A DNA stretch of 64,000 bases, from assembly GCA_965246715.1 (NCBI GenBank), contig CBDFFH010000047.1, positions 32,001 through 96,000 on the forward strand, given 5' to 3'. Shown piece after piece: positions 31,398-42,419 of this stretch. The notes under the pieces were generated by a model. It was not told where the DNA came from and ran no database searches. It worked only from the letters and a program-made list of their open reading frames with translations. Numbering within the stretch: the first letter of the stretch is position 1; every line of letters starts with the position of its first letter. Origin of the DNA: Chamaesiphon sp. (GTDB lineage Bacteria; Cyanobacteriota; Cyanobacteriia; Cyanobacteriales; Chamaesiphonaceae). A program made the translations under genes and the position numbers.

Positions 31398-33209
31398 CTA
31401 TTCCTGCATCTTTTTGAGCAAAGCTTGAGTGAGCGGGTATTTTGACAGGATCTCAACTCGTTCAGTATTCACGACTTGATGTAAAAAGTCAAGGAAATCC
31501 TGACGCACCTTTTGAGTTTTGGGATGGTCGGCACCCAAATGTTGCTCTCGAATTGCTAGCGAGCGGGTGTATAGTGGCTCTGCCTCCTGATAGCGTTCCA
31601 TCGATCGGTAGAGAAAAGCTAAATTATTCAAGCTATTAGCCGTTTGAAGATGATTATCACCCAGATGTCGCTCTCTAATTGCTAGCGACTGGAGATATAA
31701 AGGTTCAGCTTCAGCATAGCGCTTCATTTTATAATACAGGCTTGCCAGGTTATTTAAGCTTTGGGCGATGTAAGGATGATGTGCTGCTAATTGCTGCTGC
31801 CTGATTTCTAACGCACGAATGTATAGCGGTTCCGCAGCTGGGTAATCTCCAGTTTTATAGTATAAAACTGCTAAATTATTTAATCCTTGTGCGGTATAGT
31901 GATGCTCGCGACCCATTTGCCGTTCGTAAATTCCCAGCGCTCTGAGATACAGTGGTTCTGCTTGTGCGTAATTTTCAATCCGGTAGTATAAACTAGCGAG
32001 GTTATTTAGACCTTGGGCTGTATGTGGATGATCTTCACCCAACTGCTGCTCGTAACTCCTAAGCGCGTGGACGAGCTGGAGTTCGGCATCGCTAAACCTG
32101 CCCATTTCATAGTATAGATTTGCCAGATTATCCCGACTATGAGCGGTGTAAGGACAATCTGGTGTTAATTGCCGCTCGCAGATTGCTACAGCAGCAGCAT
32201 ACAGTGGCTCGGCTTCTTCATAACGCTGGAGTAGTTTGTAAAGATTAGCCAACTTATTCAGGCTGGGAACTAAATCTAAATGGTTGGTACCCAGTTGCTG
32301 TTCATAAATTTTGCGCGACCGCAAATACAGAGATTCCGCATCAGCATAGCGTTCCATCTCTAAATACAATTCAGCCAAATTGTCGATTCCAGTCGTGGTC
32401 TCAATCCGATCTCCACCGACTTGTAGCTCATAAATTTTGAGCGCGCGAATCGATAGGGATTCAGCTTCTGTATATCTGCCCAGCTCGATGTATAAAGCAG
32501 CTAAATCGTGCAAATGCTCGGTATTGTCGAGATGGTCGTTGCCAGATTGCCGTTCGCAAGCGTCGCGAGCGCGGACGAATAACTGTTCGGCCTCATCATA
32601 GCGTCCCATTACCAGATACAACTTAGCCAGCTGACTCAGGCTTTGAATCGTATCGAAATGTTCGGCACCCAATTGACGTTCGCAGATTTCGTAGGCCCGA
32701 ATGTATAGTGGCTCCGCCTCGATATACCGTCCCATTGACTGATATAGCGCAGCCAAACTATATAAACTTTGAGCGGTACGAATGTGCTGCTCGCCCAACT
32801 GTTCTGTTCTGAGCGATAAAGACCGAGCGTAGAATGGCTCGGCATCCGTATAGCGACCCATTGCCTCATATAAGAGTCCGAGATTATTTAAGCTTTGAAT
32901 GGTAAAGGGATGGCTCGGCCCCAGTTGTTCTTCACGAATCGACAAAGTGCGAGCGTATAAAGACTCTGCATCTTTGTATTTGCCCATCGACTCATAAAAA
33001 ACTGCTAAATTATTGAGATTTTGCGCTGTAAATAGATGAGCGGCCCCAAATTGCTGTTCGCAAATATCTAAGGCATTAGTATACAAAGATTCTGTATCTG
33101 TATGTTTGCTGAGCGAATCATACAAAGTTCCTAGTCTACTAGAATTGCCGACACGCCGATCCTGTGGTGCCGATTGGACTAGATTAGAAGAATTTTGAGC
33201 CTCGTTCAT
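31398..33209 (-). CDS. Tetratricopeptide repeat protein (42-aa TPR units)
   Basis: About 12 repeats of A.SLNNLA.LY...GRY..AEPLY.RAL.I.E.QLG..HP. Confidence 0.9.
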   Translation of the reverse strand: MNEAQNSSNLVQSAPQDRRVGNSSRLGTLYDSLSKHTDTESLYTNALDICEQQFGAAHLFTAQNLNNLAVFYESMGKYKDAESLYARTLSIREEQLGPSHPFTIQSLNNLGLLYEAMGRYTDAEPFYARSLSLRTEQLGEQHIRTAQSLYSLAALYQSMGRYIEAEPLYIRAYEICERQLGAEHFDTIQSLSQLAKLYLVMGRYDEAEQLFVRARDACERQSGNDHLDNTEHLHDLAALYIELGRYTEAESLSIRALKIYELQVGGDRIETTTGIDNLAELYLEMERYADAESLYLRSRKIYEQQLGTNHLDLVPSLNKLANLYKLLQRYEEAEPLYAAAVAICERQLTPDCPYTAHSRDNLANLYYEMGRFSDAELQLVHALRSYEQQLGEDHPHTAQGLNNLASLYYRIENYAQAEPLYLRALGIYERQMGREHHYTAQGLNNLAVLYYKTGDYPAAEPLYIRALEIRQQQLAAHHPYIAQSLNNLASLYYKMKRYAEAEPLYLQSLAIRERHLGDNHLQTANSLNNLAFLYRSMERYQEAEPLYTRSLAIREQHLGADHPKTQKVRQDFLDFLHQVVNTERVEILSKYPLTQALLKKMQE

Positions 33210-33438
33210 ACAAACACTTAGATTTTTGACCGCATTATCACTATATTCGATCGAAATTCGCTCGTCTAGTCAATGTCAGTGAAAATACTGAGTGAATCGC
33301 GCTAATAACGATCTTTTTCAAAGATTGTACCGATCTTCACTGCTCCAAGCTGCCGAATTGTTACGCGTATTAAGTTATACAAGAGCAGTATATTATTCCA
33401 AAAATCACGAGTAGAAATTGGTAGTCGATGGCATTCCT

Positions 33439-34494
33439 TTATTCATTATTCCCAGTTTGTCGATTAATTTTAGCGTTTGGACGAGCGATCGAATTATGTT
33501 TTTGGATATTAGTAGTACTTGTGGTCGCAGTATTTTTTTTCGGATTAGTTTTTGGCAATGTAGACTCGGCAATTGTCGTACCTGGTAGTGCTTGTAAAAC
33601 TTGAATCTTTTGGCGATAGATGACTTTGTTGTCTTTTCTAATAATCAATCGATCGGTAGCGACCGTATAATTGGTATCGCCATTGTCTGCAGAAAATTGC
33701 GTGCGATCGTAGTAGCGAAGTCTGAGCGTAATGCCCTGGGATCCATCTCTAGCGAGTCCAACATAATGCGTCGGATTTTTATTACCACAGATATAGATCG
33801 CATAATGCTTGGAAGTGGCTCGATAGAGAATTTTAGTATTGTCAGGACAAATCGAACTATTGTCATTACTAACTTCGGGAGCGATCGCCGCAGTTTTGAC
33901 TACGGGTATCGGCGAGACAATTGGTTTGACCGTCTCGATTTTACTAGCTACCAGATTGCGAAATTTTGCATTTGTGTCGAGTCCGCCACTAAACTGGATT
34001 TGTAGTAGTGCGATTTTAGTCACACTAGTGGGGATTTTGGGGAACACGAAACTTGCCTTAAACGGAACGTTTTCAATTAGTTCAGTCCTAATTAAGTTAT
34101 TTTCGCTATTGCGGTTTGCCAATCTTAGTAGACTGGGGTAATATTCGTTACCTTCAAAATCGACTAATTTAACATTGTTGGTATTAATATTGACGATCCG
34201 ATCGCTATTTTTGCTAGTCAAGATTGCTTGGCAAATCAGGTCTTGTAGCTTCCGGCTGCAAGACTGAACGACAACTTTCACGCGATCGTCTTCGTAAGTA
34301 GTCGGGTTATTTCTAAGAGTTACGGTGGGTGTTTGTGCGGATGCTTGATGTTGTGGATACAACCAAATACTCAGAAGACCGAGCAGACTAATTATGCCGT
34401 TAGCGAAGCCTCGATACTGAGGCAGACGCGTTGCGAACGGAAAGAGAATCGATCTTTTGGTCATTCTAATTTTAGCTGCACGCTGATTTGACAT
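33439..34494 (-). CDS. Hypothetical exported protein
   Basis: Hydrophobic segment followed by an ASA-Q cleavage-like site; low-complexity tail. Confidence 0.6.
   Translation of the reverse strand: MSNQRAAKIRMTKRSILFPFATRLPQYRGFANGIISLLGLLSIWLYPQHQASAQTPTVTLRNNPTTYEDDRVKVVVQSCSRKLQDLICQAILTSKNSDRIVNINTNNVKLVDFEGNEYYPSLLRLANRNSENNLIRTELIENVPFKASFVFPKIPTSVTKIALLQIQFSGGLDTNAKFRNLVASKIETVKPIVSPIPVVKTAAIAPEVSNDNSSICPDNTKILYRATSKHYAIYICGNKNPTHYVGLARDGSQGITLRLRYYDRTQFSADNGDTNYTVATDRLIIRKDNKVIYRQKIQVLQALPGTTIAESTLPKTNPKKNTATTSTTNIQKHNSIARPNAKINRQTGNNE
34400..34447. repeat. 48-nt composite SDR-like insertion in a CGATCG site
   Basis: CCG[ttagcgaagcctc...cggaaagaga]ATCG; its ends match the reverse complement of the 210-233 element. 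Confidence 0.6.
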
Positions 34495-34683
34495 TTATTT
34501 GCGGTTTATTGTATCACAACCACTCCGATAAATTGCGATCGCGATTAAATACAAAGTAAGCCCAATTTAGACCGCTGGAGCAACGGCTCGATCGTCTTTA
34601 ACGCTCGATCGGATTGGGACGTTCAGAGTTAGATCGCCAATAGCTGGATAATTTAATCCTCGACCCAAAAATCGCGCTCGAAC

Positions 34684-35031
34684 TCACCCTTCCAAAAAGC
34701 GATCGACATCCTCGATAATCCGCGTTAGTTCTACTTCACTAGTGAGCCGGATTCGATCGTCGCGAAGTGTAATTAATACTTTCGCAACGAATGGGTTCGC
34801 CCAAATATTGGGATTGCAAAATACTTCAAGAAAAATATCCCCTGTATATTGATATTCGATCGGTTTATAGGGTTTTGGTTTATTTGTAATCCCACTAGCT
34901 GTTTCAGCGGTTTTAGTTTTGAGTGCTTGCACGATCTCATCGAGCTTGGCACGCAGATCTCTAGCTGCTGTAGGTGGAAAACTACAAGATGCCGAACCAC
35001 TAGCTAAGTTAAACACCAATGGTGATGTCAT
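34684..35031 (-). CDS. Conserved cyanobacterial hypothetical protein
   Basis: 115-aa ORF with FLEVFCNPNIW motif; function not recognised. Confidence 0.7.
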   Translation of the reverse strand: MTSPLVFNLASGSASCSFPPTAARDLRAKLDEIVQALKTKTAETASGITNKPKPYKPIEYQYTGDIFLEVFCNPNIWANPFVAKVLITLRDDRIRLTSEVELTRIIEDVDRFLEG

Positions 35032-35151
35032 GATTGTGATGGAATTTATGAAAGTTAGCAGACTCTAATATTAATACTCGGAGCGACACGCTCGGCATTT
35101 AGTTTGAAGCATCATCATTATTCGCCTGAAAAGATCCGATTGACAAAAATC

Positions 35152-35181
35152 TAGACAACATCGATCCCCTTAGTATATAAT
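35152..35181 (+). promoter_or_regulatory. Putative sigma70 promoter of the ribosomal protein operon
   Basis: TAGACA-N18-TATAAT about 300 nt upstream of rplC. Confidence 0.5.
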
Positions 35182-35487
35182 CAAAGGCTGTGGTCTAAAA
35201 CTTCCGGCTTTCAACAGCCGCGACTGTGGTAAATCGGTTGAGATGGATACTAGGTAGCGCGCTACTCCAGTCCTCGCAACACCTAAAACGATGAACCAAT
35301 CGGTTACTTACTTCTCTTTCGAGCAACAAGTTAAATCTTCACCTCGCACCCGCCGCATCTAGCGCGAATGCTTAGATGCGATCCTCGGCTGGACTAGTAA
35401 ATTAAGTCAAACCCACAAATGGACGCGCCTGCCGGTGGAAGTCCATCAGTTCCTACTGTTTCAAAATATAAGGAAGACTATTAAACC

Positions 35488-36128
35488 GTGTCTAAATCGG
35501 TATTCTCGGCACCAAACTCGGCATGACCCAAATTTTCGACAAAGAGACAGGGAGAGCGATTCCTGTCACCGTCGTTCAAGCAGGCCCATGCACTGTTACT
35601 CAGATCAAAACAAAAGCGACTGATGGATACACATCCGTCCAACTCGGTTTTGAAGAAGTCAAAGAAAAAGCACTCAACCGACCAGAACTCGGACACCTCA
35701 AGAAATCTGAGGCTCCAGCACTGCGTCACTTGCAAGAATTTCGCGTCGATAGCACCGATGCTTGGACGCTCGGTCAAGAAATCAAACCGGATATCTTCAC
35801 TGTCGGTCAGATTATCGACGTTACAGGGGATAGTATCGGTCGTGGTTTCGCTGGTTGGCAAAAACGCCACAACTTCGCTCGCGGCCCGATGACTCACGGT
35901 TCTAAGAACCACAGAGAGCCTGGTTCGACTGGGGCGGGTACGACTCCCGGTCGTGTTTATCCTGGGAAGAAAATGGCTGGACGCCTAGGTGGCAAGCGGA
36001 TTACGATTAAGAAATTGGTAGTCGCGCAGATCGATGTCGAACGCAACGTGCTCCTGATCGAAGGCTCCGTTCCTGGCAAACCCGGCGCGCTACTTCGGAT
36101 TGTGCCAGAAGTCACAGTCGGTAAATAA
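35488..36128 (+). CDS. rplC: 50S ribosomal protein L3; apparent frameshift just after the GTG start
   Basis: [14 protein letters not shown]... is in frame from 35496, but GTG 35488 is out of frame and TAA 35493 is in frame. First in-frame ATG is 35523. Confidence 0.93.
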
Positions 36129-36162
36129 TCATAGAAGTAGTAACGGGAGATAAAGAATAATT

Positions 36163-36798
36163 ATGGCTAATTGCGTCGTCCGCAACTGGCAAGGTGAGGA
36201 AGCTGGCTCTGCCACCCTCGAATTGGCTGTTGCAAAAGAAGAAAATGCGTCTCATATCGTCCATCGTGCCCTGATCCGGCAGACAAATAACGCCCGTCAA
36301 GGTACTGCAAGTGCCAAGACTCGCGCTGAAGTCCGAGGTGGTGGCCGCAAACCTTGGAAACAAAAAGGTACCGGACGCGCCCGTGCGGGTTCGATTCGAT
36401 CGCCACTATGGCGGGGTGGTGGGGTAATTTTTGGGCCATCGCCGAAAGATTACAACATGAAGATGAACCGCAAAGAGCGGCGATTGGCGCTCAGAACCGC
36501 CTTGATGAGTCGGATCGCAGATACGCTCGTGGTCGAGGATTTTGCTAGCAATCTCGCTCAACCCAAAACTAAAGAGTTTATCGCAGCATTGAAACGCTGG
36601 GATGTGGAACTAGATAGTAAAGTATTGGTCATCGTTGCTGAAGTTGAAGATAACTTGTTGTTATCCACGCGCAACGTTGCTAATGTCAAAATGATTTCAG
36701 CCTCGGGACTAAACGTATTCGATCTCCTCAATGCCGATCGAATTATTGCGACCACCGACGCGATCGCTAAAATCCAGGAGGTTTACAATGACGATTAG
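36163..36798 (+). CDS. rplD: 50S ribosomal protein L4
   Basis: [23 protein letters not shown]. Confidence 0.98.
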   Translation: MANCVVRNWQGEEAGSATLELAVAKEENASHIVHRALIRQTNNARQGTASAKTRAEVRGGGRKPWKQKGTGRARAGSIRSPLWRGGGVIFGPSPKDYNMKMNRKERRLALRTALMSRIADTLVVEDFASNLAQPKTKEFIAALKRWDVELDSKVLVIVAEVEDNLLLSTRNVANVKMISASGLNVFDLLNADRIIATTDAIAKIQEVYNDD

Positions 36799-37093
36799 AG
36801 TTGAAGACCGTGACTTACCAGATTTAATTCGGAACGTGATTGTCACCGAAAAAGCGACCCAAATGATGGAACTGAACAAATACGTCTTTGACGTAGTTCC
36901 CCAAGCTACGAAGCCCCAAATCAAAGCCGCGATCGAATCCTTATTTGATGTCAAAGTCAAACGGGTCGATACTCAAAACCTCCCCCGCAAAACTCGCCGC
37001 GTCGGTAAGTTCCTCGGTGCTAAACCTAAATACAAACGTGCTGTCGTCACGGTTGTTGCGGGGCAAGAGATCGTGCTCTTCCCTGAAGTTTAA
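36788..37093 (+). CDS. rplW: 50S ribosomal protein L23
   Basis: [26 protein letters not shown] 36788 overlaps the rplD end. Confidence 0.95.
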   Translation: MTIRVEDRDLPDLIRNVIVTEKATQMMELNKYVFDVVPQATKPQIKAAIESLFDVKVKRVDTQNLPRKTRRVGKFLGAKPKYKRAVVTVVAGQEIVLFPEV

Positions 37094-37204
37094 AGACTAG
37101 CGATTAGAAAGATTTCGATCGCAGTTTCAGTGGTTGGGTAGCTATTGACTCAGTTAATATTTGCCAAAGCGTAAGCGAGCACCAGTCACTAGCCACTAGC
37201 CACT

Positions 37205-37251
37205 GTCTTGATGCGCTAAACCCTCGGGTTCCCCGAGGAGCGCGCATCGCT
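37205..37251 (+). repeat. 47-nt hairpin mini-element inserted in an AGCCACT heptamer array
   Basis: CT|gtcttgatgcgctaaaccctcgggttccccgaggagcgcgcatcgCT|agccact. Confidence 0.75.
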
Positions 37252-37290
37252 AGCCACTCTTCCATATCCACTATCCACTAACCACTAACT

Positions 37291-38160
37291 ATGGGTACTC
37301 GCTCTTATCGGCCATATACGCCCAGTACTCGCGAAACCGTAATTTCAGACTTTGCTGAAATTACCGTGGGTAACCAGCCGGAAAAATCGCTGGTGCATTA
37401 CAAGCACCGAGCGAAAGGGCGTAACAATCGCGGGATTATAACCAGTCGTCGGCGTGGTGGCGGTCACAAACGCCTCTACCGGACGATCGATTTCCGCCGT
37501 CAAGACAAAATCAACATTCCCGCTCGTGTGGCTACTGTTGAATACGATCCCAACCGCAACGCACGGATCGCCCTCTTATTCTACAAAGATGGGGAAAAAC
37601 GCTACATTCTACATCCAGTCGGTTTGACTGTCGGGATGGAAATTATTACCGGGCCTGAGTCTCCCTTTGAAATCGGGAACGCATTACCGCTAATTAATAT
37701 CCCCCTCGGTACGACCGTTCACAGCATCGAACTCACTCCTGGTAAAGGCGCTCAAATCGCCCGCTCTGCCGGTGCGGCGGCGCAACTAGTAGCCAAAGAA
37801 GGGGACTATGTAACGCTCAAAATGCCTTCCGGCGAAGTCCGGATGGTACGGAAAGAGTGCTATGCCACCATCGGTCAAGTCGGTAACATCGAAGCGCGCA
37901 ATACCAGCGCGGGTAAAGCCGGACGGAATCGCTGGAAAGGTCGTCGTCCGAAGGTCAGAGGTAGCGTCATGAACCCCTGCGATCACCCACATGGTGGTGG
38001 TGAAGGTCGCGCGCCAATCGGTCGGAGCGGCCCTGTAACCCCTTGGGGTAAACCTACCTTGGGTTACAAGACTCGGAAGAAGAAGAAGGCTAGCAGCGAA
38101 CTCATTATCCGCCGTCGCCGGAAATCCTCGAAACGTGGTAAAGGCGGTCGTCAGAACTAG
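37291..38160 (+). CDS. rplB: 50S ribosomal protein L2
   Basis: [32 protein letters not shown]. Confidence 0.98.
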   Translation: MGTRSYRPYTPSTRETVISDFAEITVGNQPEKSLVHYKHRAKGRNNRGIITSRRRGGGHKRLYRTIDFRRQDKINIPARVATVEYDPNRNARIALLFYKDGEKRYILHPVGLTVGMEIITGPESPFEIGNALPLINIPLGTTVHSIELTPGKGAQIARSAGAAAQLVAKEGDYVTLKMPSGEVRMVRKECYATIGQVGNIEARNTSAGKAGRNRWKGRRPKVRGSVMNPCDHPHGGGEGRAPIGRSGPVTPWGKPTLGYKTRKKKKASSELIIRRRRKSSKRGKGGRQN

Positions 38161-38256
38161 AACAGTGGCTAGTGGCAAGTGGATAGTGAATAGTTTTTTA
38201 CAATATGACAACTATCTACTATTCCCTATCCACCAACCTGTAGGAACCCTATAGAA

Positions 38257-38289
<33 letters not shown>

Positions 38290-38295
38290 AAAAAC

Positions 38296-38574
38296 ATGGG
38301 TCGTTCTCTCAAAAAAGGTCCCTTTGTCGCCGATCACCTGATGACAAAGATTGAAAAAATGAATGCATCTGGCCGCAAAGATGTCATCAAAACTTGGTCG
38401 CGGGCTTCCACGATCTTGCCCCAAATGGTCGGACACACGATCGCGGTACACAACGGTCGTCAACACGTTCCCGTCTTTGTATCCGAGCAAATGGTCGGTC
38501 ACAAATTAGGTGAATTCTCACCTACTCGGAACTATCGTTCTCACTCTAAGGGAGACAAAAAATCCGGCAGATAA
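38296..38574 (+). CDS. rpsS: 30S ribosomal protein S19
   Basis: [17 protein letters not shown]. Confidence 0.98.
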   Translation: MGRSLKKGPFVADHLMTKIEKMNASGRKDVIKTWSRASTILPQMVGHTIAVHNGRQHVPVFVSEQMVGHKLGEFSPTRNYRSHSKGDKKSGR

Positions 38575-38622
38575 TTCAAAGTTAACTTTGGATTTTAGAC
38601 TCTGGATTAAAGAGGAAAAATT

Positions 38623-38976
38623 ATGGCGATCGATAACAAAACAGAAATTAAAGCAGTTGCGAAGTATATTCGCATGTCTCCCTTTAAAGTGCGCCGCGTA
38701 CTAGACCAAATTCGGGGACGCTCTTATCGGGAAGCATTGATTATTCTTGAATTCATGCCTTACAAGGCTTGTGAAGAGATTATCAAAGTATTGCGCTCCG
38801 CTGTAGCCAATGCCGAGCACAACAACGGGATGAACCCAGCTAACTTGATCGTTTCGACGGCTTTTGCTGATGGTGGCCCCGCGCTCAAACGCTTCCGTCC
38901 CAGAGCGCAAGGTCGCGCTTACAAAATCCGCAAGCCAACATGCCATATCACCGTGGCAGTGGCAGAATCGAAATAG
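38623..38976 (+). CDS. rplV: 50S ribosomal protein L22
   Basis: [22 protein letters not shown]. Confidence 0.98.
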   Translation: MAIDNKTEIKAVAKYIRMSPFKVRRVLDQIRGRSYREALIILEFMPYKACEEIIKVLRSAVANAEHNNGMNPANLIVSTAFADGGPALKRFRPRAQGRAYKIRKPTCHITVAVAESK

Positions 38977-38996
38977 GGAGCATATAGAGAAATAAC

Positions 38997-39734
38997 ATGG
39001 GACAGAAGATTCATCCGATCGGTTTTAGACTGGGGATTACGCAAGAACACCGCTCGCGGTGGTATGCGGATACTCGGAAATACTCCGAAGTTCTCAAAGA
39101 GGACTACATCATTCGCCAACATATCGAGAAAGATCCCACCCTCAGTACTGCAGGGATTTCAAAGGTGCGGATCGAGCGTAAAGCCGACCAAATCGAACTC
39201 GAAATCCACACCGCGCGTCCAGGTGTCGTCGTCGGTCGTCAAGGTAGCGGTATTGAAGTAATTCGTCAAGCATTACTCAAAAAACTCGGTACCGATCGTC
39301 AGATTCGGATTAATGTGATCGAGATTGCCAAAGTCGATGCCGATGCGGCACTGATTGCCGAGTTCATCGCGCAGCAACTTTCTCGCCGCGTTTCTTTCCG
39401 TCGGGTCGTACGTCAAGCCATTCAACGTGCGCAACGTGCGGAAGTCAAAGGGATTAAAATCCAAGTTGGCGGACGGCTCAATGGTGCAGAAATCGCCCGG
39501 ACTGAGTGGACTCGTGAAGGCCGCGTGCCCCTGCATACACTCCGCGCCGATATCGATTACGCTTCCAAAACTGCCGAAACTACCTACGGGATTCTCGGCG
39601 TGAAAGTATGGGTATTCTTGGGTGAAATCATCCCCGGACAAGAAAATCTAGCAGCACCAGCCGCTCAACCCAAGCGTCGGCAAGGGCAGCAACGTCGCCG
39701 CCAGCAGTTTGAAGACCGCTCTGAGGAAGGATAA
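38997..39734 (+). CDS. rpsC: 30S ribosomal protein S3
   Basis: [27 protein letters not shown]. Confidence 0.98.
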   Translation: MGQKIHPIGFRLGITQEHRSRWYADTRKYSEVLKEDYIIRQHIEKDPTLSTAGISKVRIERKADQIELEIHTARPGVVVGRQGSGIEVIRQALLKKLGTDRQIRINVIEIAKVDADAALIAEFIAQQLSRRVSFRRVVRQAIQRAQRAEVKGIKIQVGGRLNGAEIARTEWTREGRVPLHTLRADIDYASKTAETTYGILGVKVWVFLGEIIPGQENLAAPAAQPKRRQGQQRRRQQFEDRSEEG

Positions 39735-39744
39735 GGATTGAAAT

Positions 39745-40173
39745 ATGTTAAGTCCGAGAAGAACGAAATTCCGCAAACAACAACGCGGACGCATGACTGG
39801 TTTAGCAACCAGAGGAAATGAAATCAATTTCGGTCAGTTTGCGCTCCAAGCGATCGAACCATCCTGGATCACCTCCAGACAGATCGAAGCTTGTCGGCGA
39901 GCGATGAACCGTTACCTCAAGCGTGGTGGGAAAATCTGGATTCGGGTCTTCCCTGACAAACCAGTCACCATGCGCCCAGCAGAAACGCGGATGGGTTCCG
40001 GTAAAGGTTCGCCCGAATATTGGGTAGCAGTCGTCAAACCCGGTCGGATTTTATTTGAGATCGGTGGCGTTCCTGAAGCAATCGCACGCGAATCGATGCG
40101 CCTTGCCACTCACAAACTGCCGATTAAGACCAAGTTTATTGTCAAAGCACACTTAGAAGACGAAACAGATTAG
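39745..40173 (+). CDS. rplP: 50S ribosomal protein L16
   Basis: [23 protein letters not shown]. Confidence 0.98.
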   Translation: MLSPRRTKFRKQQRGRMTGLATRGNEINFGQFALQAIEPSWITSRQIEACRRAMNRYLKRGGKIWIRVFPDKPVTMRPAETRMGSGKGSPEYWVAVVKPGRILFEIGGVPEAIARESMRLATHKLPIKTKFIVKAHLEDETD

Positions 40174-40177
40174 GCTC

Positions 40178-40384
40178 ATGGCTTTACCTAAAATCGCCGA
40201 TGCACGTAGCCTAACCGACGAAGAACTCGCAAGCGAGATCGTAGCTGTCAAGCGGAATCTATTCGATCTCCGCCTCAGACAAGCCACCCGTCGGTTAGAC
40301 AAAACGCACGAATTCAAACATAATCGCCACAAACTCGCGCAGTTACTCACTGTCGAGCACCAGCGCAAAACTCCTCAGAGTTAG
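40178..40384 (+). CDS. rpmC: 50S ribosomal protein L29
   Basis: LFDLRLRQAT; operon position. Confidence 0.95.
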   Translation: MALPKIADARSLTDEELASEIVAVKRNLFDLRLRQATRRLDKTHEFKHNRHKLAQLLTVEHQRKTPQS

Positions 40385-40421
40385 ATCGGTACACACATTC
40401 AGCCACAGGTAGCAAACACGC

Positions 40422-40667
40422 ATGGCAGTCAAAGAACGAGTCGGGATCGTCGTTAGCAACAAAATGCAGAAAACTGTAGTAGTTGCGATCGAAAACCGTT
40501 CCGCTCACCCCAAATACGGAAAAGTCGTCGTCAGAACTAAAAAATATAAAGTTCACGACGAAGAAAACCAATGTAAAGAAGGCGATAGAGTCCGGATTCT
40601 CGAAACCCGTCCCCTCAGCCGCACCAAACGTTGGACGCTCGCTGAGATACTTAGTACTAAAGCTTAA
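40422..40667 (+). CDS. rpsQ: 30S ribosomal protein S17
   Basis: [22 protein letters not shown]. Confidence 0.97.
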   Translation: MAVKERVGIVVSNKMQKTVVVAIENRSAHPKYGKVVVRTKKYKVHDEENQCKEGDRVRILETRPLSRTKRWTLAEILSTKA

Positions 40668-40676
40668 TTAGTTAGT

Positions 40677-40713
40677 GGGGGATAGGGGATAGGGAATAGG
40701 GAATAGGGGATAG
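40677..40713. repeat. STRR-type heptamer tandem repeat (GGGRATA)n
   Basis: ggggataggggatagggaatagggaatagggga. Confidence 0.75.
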
Positions 40714-40800
40714 TTGTTTGATTAATAACTAGCAACCGAATAACTAATTACCTACAATCTCCCATTTCGCCCTCTCTCATCACTTCAGGAACAACCAACC

Positions 40801-41169
40801 ATGATCCAACAAGAAAGTTATCTAACCGTCGCGGACAACAGCGGTGCCCGTAAAATTATGTGCATCCGCGTCCTCGGTGCGGGCAACCGTACTTATGGCG
40901 GTGTCGGCGACACGATTATCGCTGTTGTCAAAGATGCCACTCCCAATATGGCAGTCAAAAAGTCCGAAGTAGTTCGGGCAGTCATCGTTCGCACCAGACA
41001 CACAATGCGCCGCGATAGTGGTATGAGTATCCGGTTCGACGACAATGCTGCCGTCCTCGTCAATGCCGAAGGTAATCCCAGAGGTACGCGCGTTTTCGGC
41101 CCAGTCGCTCGCGAACTCCGCGATAAAAGCTTCACCAAAATCGTCTCGCTGGCTCCGGAGGTGCTCTAA
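40801..41169 (+). CDS. rplN: 50S ribosomal protein L14
   Basis: [20 protein letters not shown]. Confidence 0.98.
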   Translation: MIQQESYLTVADNSGARKIMCIRVLGAGNRTYGGVGDTIIAVVKDATPNMAVKKSEVVRAVIVRTRHTMRRDSGMSIRFDDNAAVLVNAEGNPRGTRVFGPVARELRDKSFTKIVSLAPEVL

Positions 41170-41514
41170 ATGTCAAGACAAAAACCGAAAGTTTCGCAGC
41201 GGATGCACGTCAAAAAAGGCGACACCGTGCAAATTATCTCTGGTAAAGATAAAGGTAAGATCGGCGAGATTCTTCAGTCTTTCCCTGAATTAAGCAAAGT
41301 GCTAGTCAAAGGCGTAAATATCCGCACCAAGCACATCAAACCTGCTCAAGAAGGCGAATCCGGACGCATCGATGTGGCAGAAGTGCCGATTCATAGCTCG
41401 AAAGTAATGGTTTATTCAACCAAATCGAGCGTCGCCAGTCGGATCGGTTACACCGAGACTGCTGAAGGCAAGAAAGTACGAGTACTGAAAAAAACTGGCG
41501 AGATTATCGACTAA
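41170..41514 (+). CDS. rplX: 50S ribosomal protein L24
   Basis: [16 protein letters not shown] (KOW motif). Confidence 0.97.
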   Translation: MSRQKPKVSQRMHVKKGDTVQIISGKDKGKIGEILQSFPELSKVLVKGVNIRTKHIKPAQEGESGRIDVAEVPIHSSKVMVYSTKSSVASRIGYTETAEGKKVRVLKKTGEIID

Positions 41515-41583
41515 TCGAGCGTCCTCTTCTAATATCTAATAATTTTCCTGACCAAGCCCAGGAACTTACATAAATCAACTATC

Positions 41584-42129
41584 ATGGCCCAACAACTCAA
41601 GACTAAGTACCAAGAGCAGATCGTTCCCAAATTGATGGAGCAATTTGGTTATACCAACGTCCATCAAGTCCCCAAGCCGATCAAGGTAACGATCAATCGC
41701 GGTTTGGGTGAAGCAGCAACTAATGCTAAAGCCCTCGAATCTTCGATCGCTGAAATCGCTAAAATCACTGGACAAAAGCCAGTCGTGACTCGCGCTAAAA
41801 AAGCGATCGCTGGTTTTAAAATTCGTGCGGGAATGCCCGTCGGTGTCATGGTTACGCTACGCGGCGATCGGATGTATGCGTTCTTGGACAGATTTATCAA
41901 CTTGACACTGCCCCGAATTCGGGACTTCCGAGGCATCAGCCCCAAAAGCTTCGATGGTCGCGGTAACTACAGTATCGGGATTCGCGAACAATTGATTTTC
42001 CCTGAAATCGAATACGATCAAATCGATCAAATTCGGGGGATGGACATCTCGATTATTACCACAGCCGATAACGATGAATCCGGACGTGCATTACTCAAAG
42101 CAATGGGGATGCCTTTCCGCGACAGCTAA
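41584..42129 (+). CDS. rplE: 50S ribosomal protein L5
   Basis: [22 protein letters not shown]. Confidence 0.98.
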   Translation: MAQQLKTKYQEQIVPKLMEQFGYTNVHQVPKPIKVTINRGLGEAATNAKALESSIAEIAKITGQKPVVTRAKKAIAGFKIRAGMPVGVMVTLRGDRMYAFLDRFINLTLPRIRDFRGISPKSFDGRGNYSIGIREQLIFPEIEYDQIDQIRGMDISIITTADNDESGRALLKAMGMPFRDS

Positions 42130-42240
42130 TCGTCATCAGTTAACAGTTAGAGCAGATCGTGAGATCGATAACTGTTCGCTAGATTAAGGTTGCAGCGGCA
42201 GTAACGGCAACATGAAGCTGATGGATCTGGTGGTTAACAC

Positions 42241-42395
42241 TAGCCACTGTCTTGATGCGCTGTCTTGAAAAGGTGCTTCACTTGGGCAAAGCCCAAGAAC
42301 GCACTTTTCGCTAAACCCTCGGGGAACCCGAGGAGCGCGCATCGCTAGCCACTAGCCACTAGCCACTAGCCACTCAATACCAATCACTAGCCACT
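42241..42395 (+). repeat. AGCCACT heptamer array holding a 47-nt mini-element with a 51-nt relative nested inside it
   Basis: Outer element 42249-42346 matches 37205-37251; inner element 42262-42312 reads gtcttgaaaaggtgc...gcacttttcgct. Confidence 0.78.
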
Positions 42396-42419
42396 AACCA
42401 CAATTATCCTCAAGAACAA

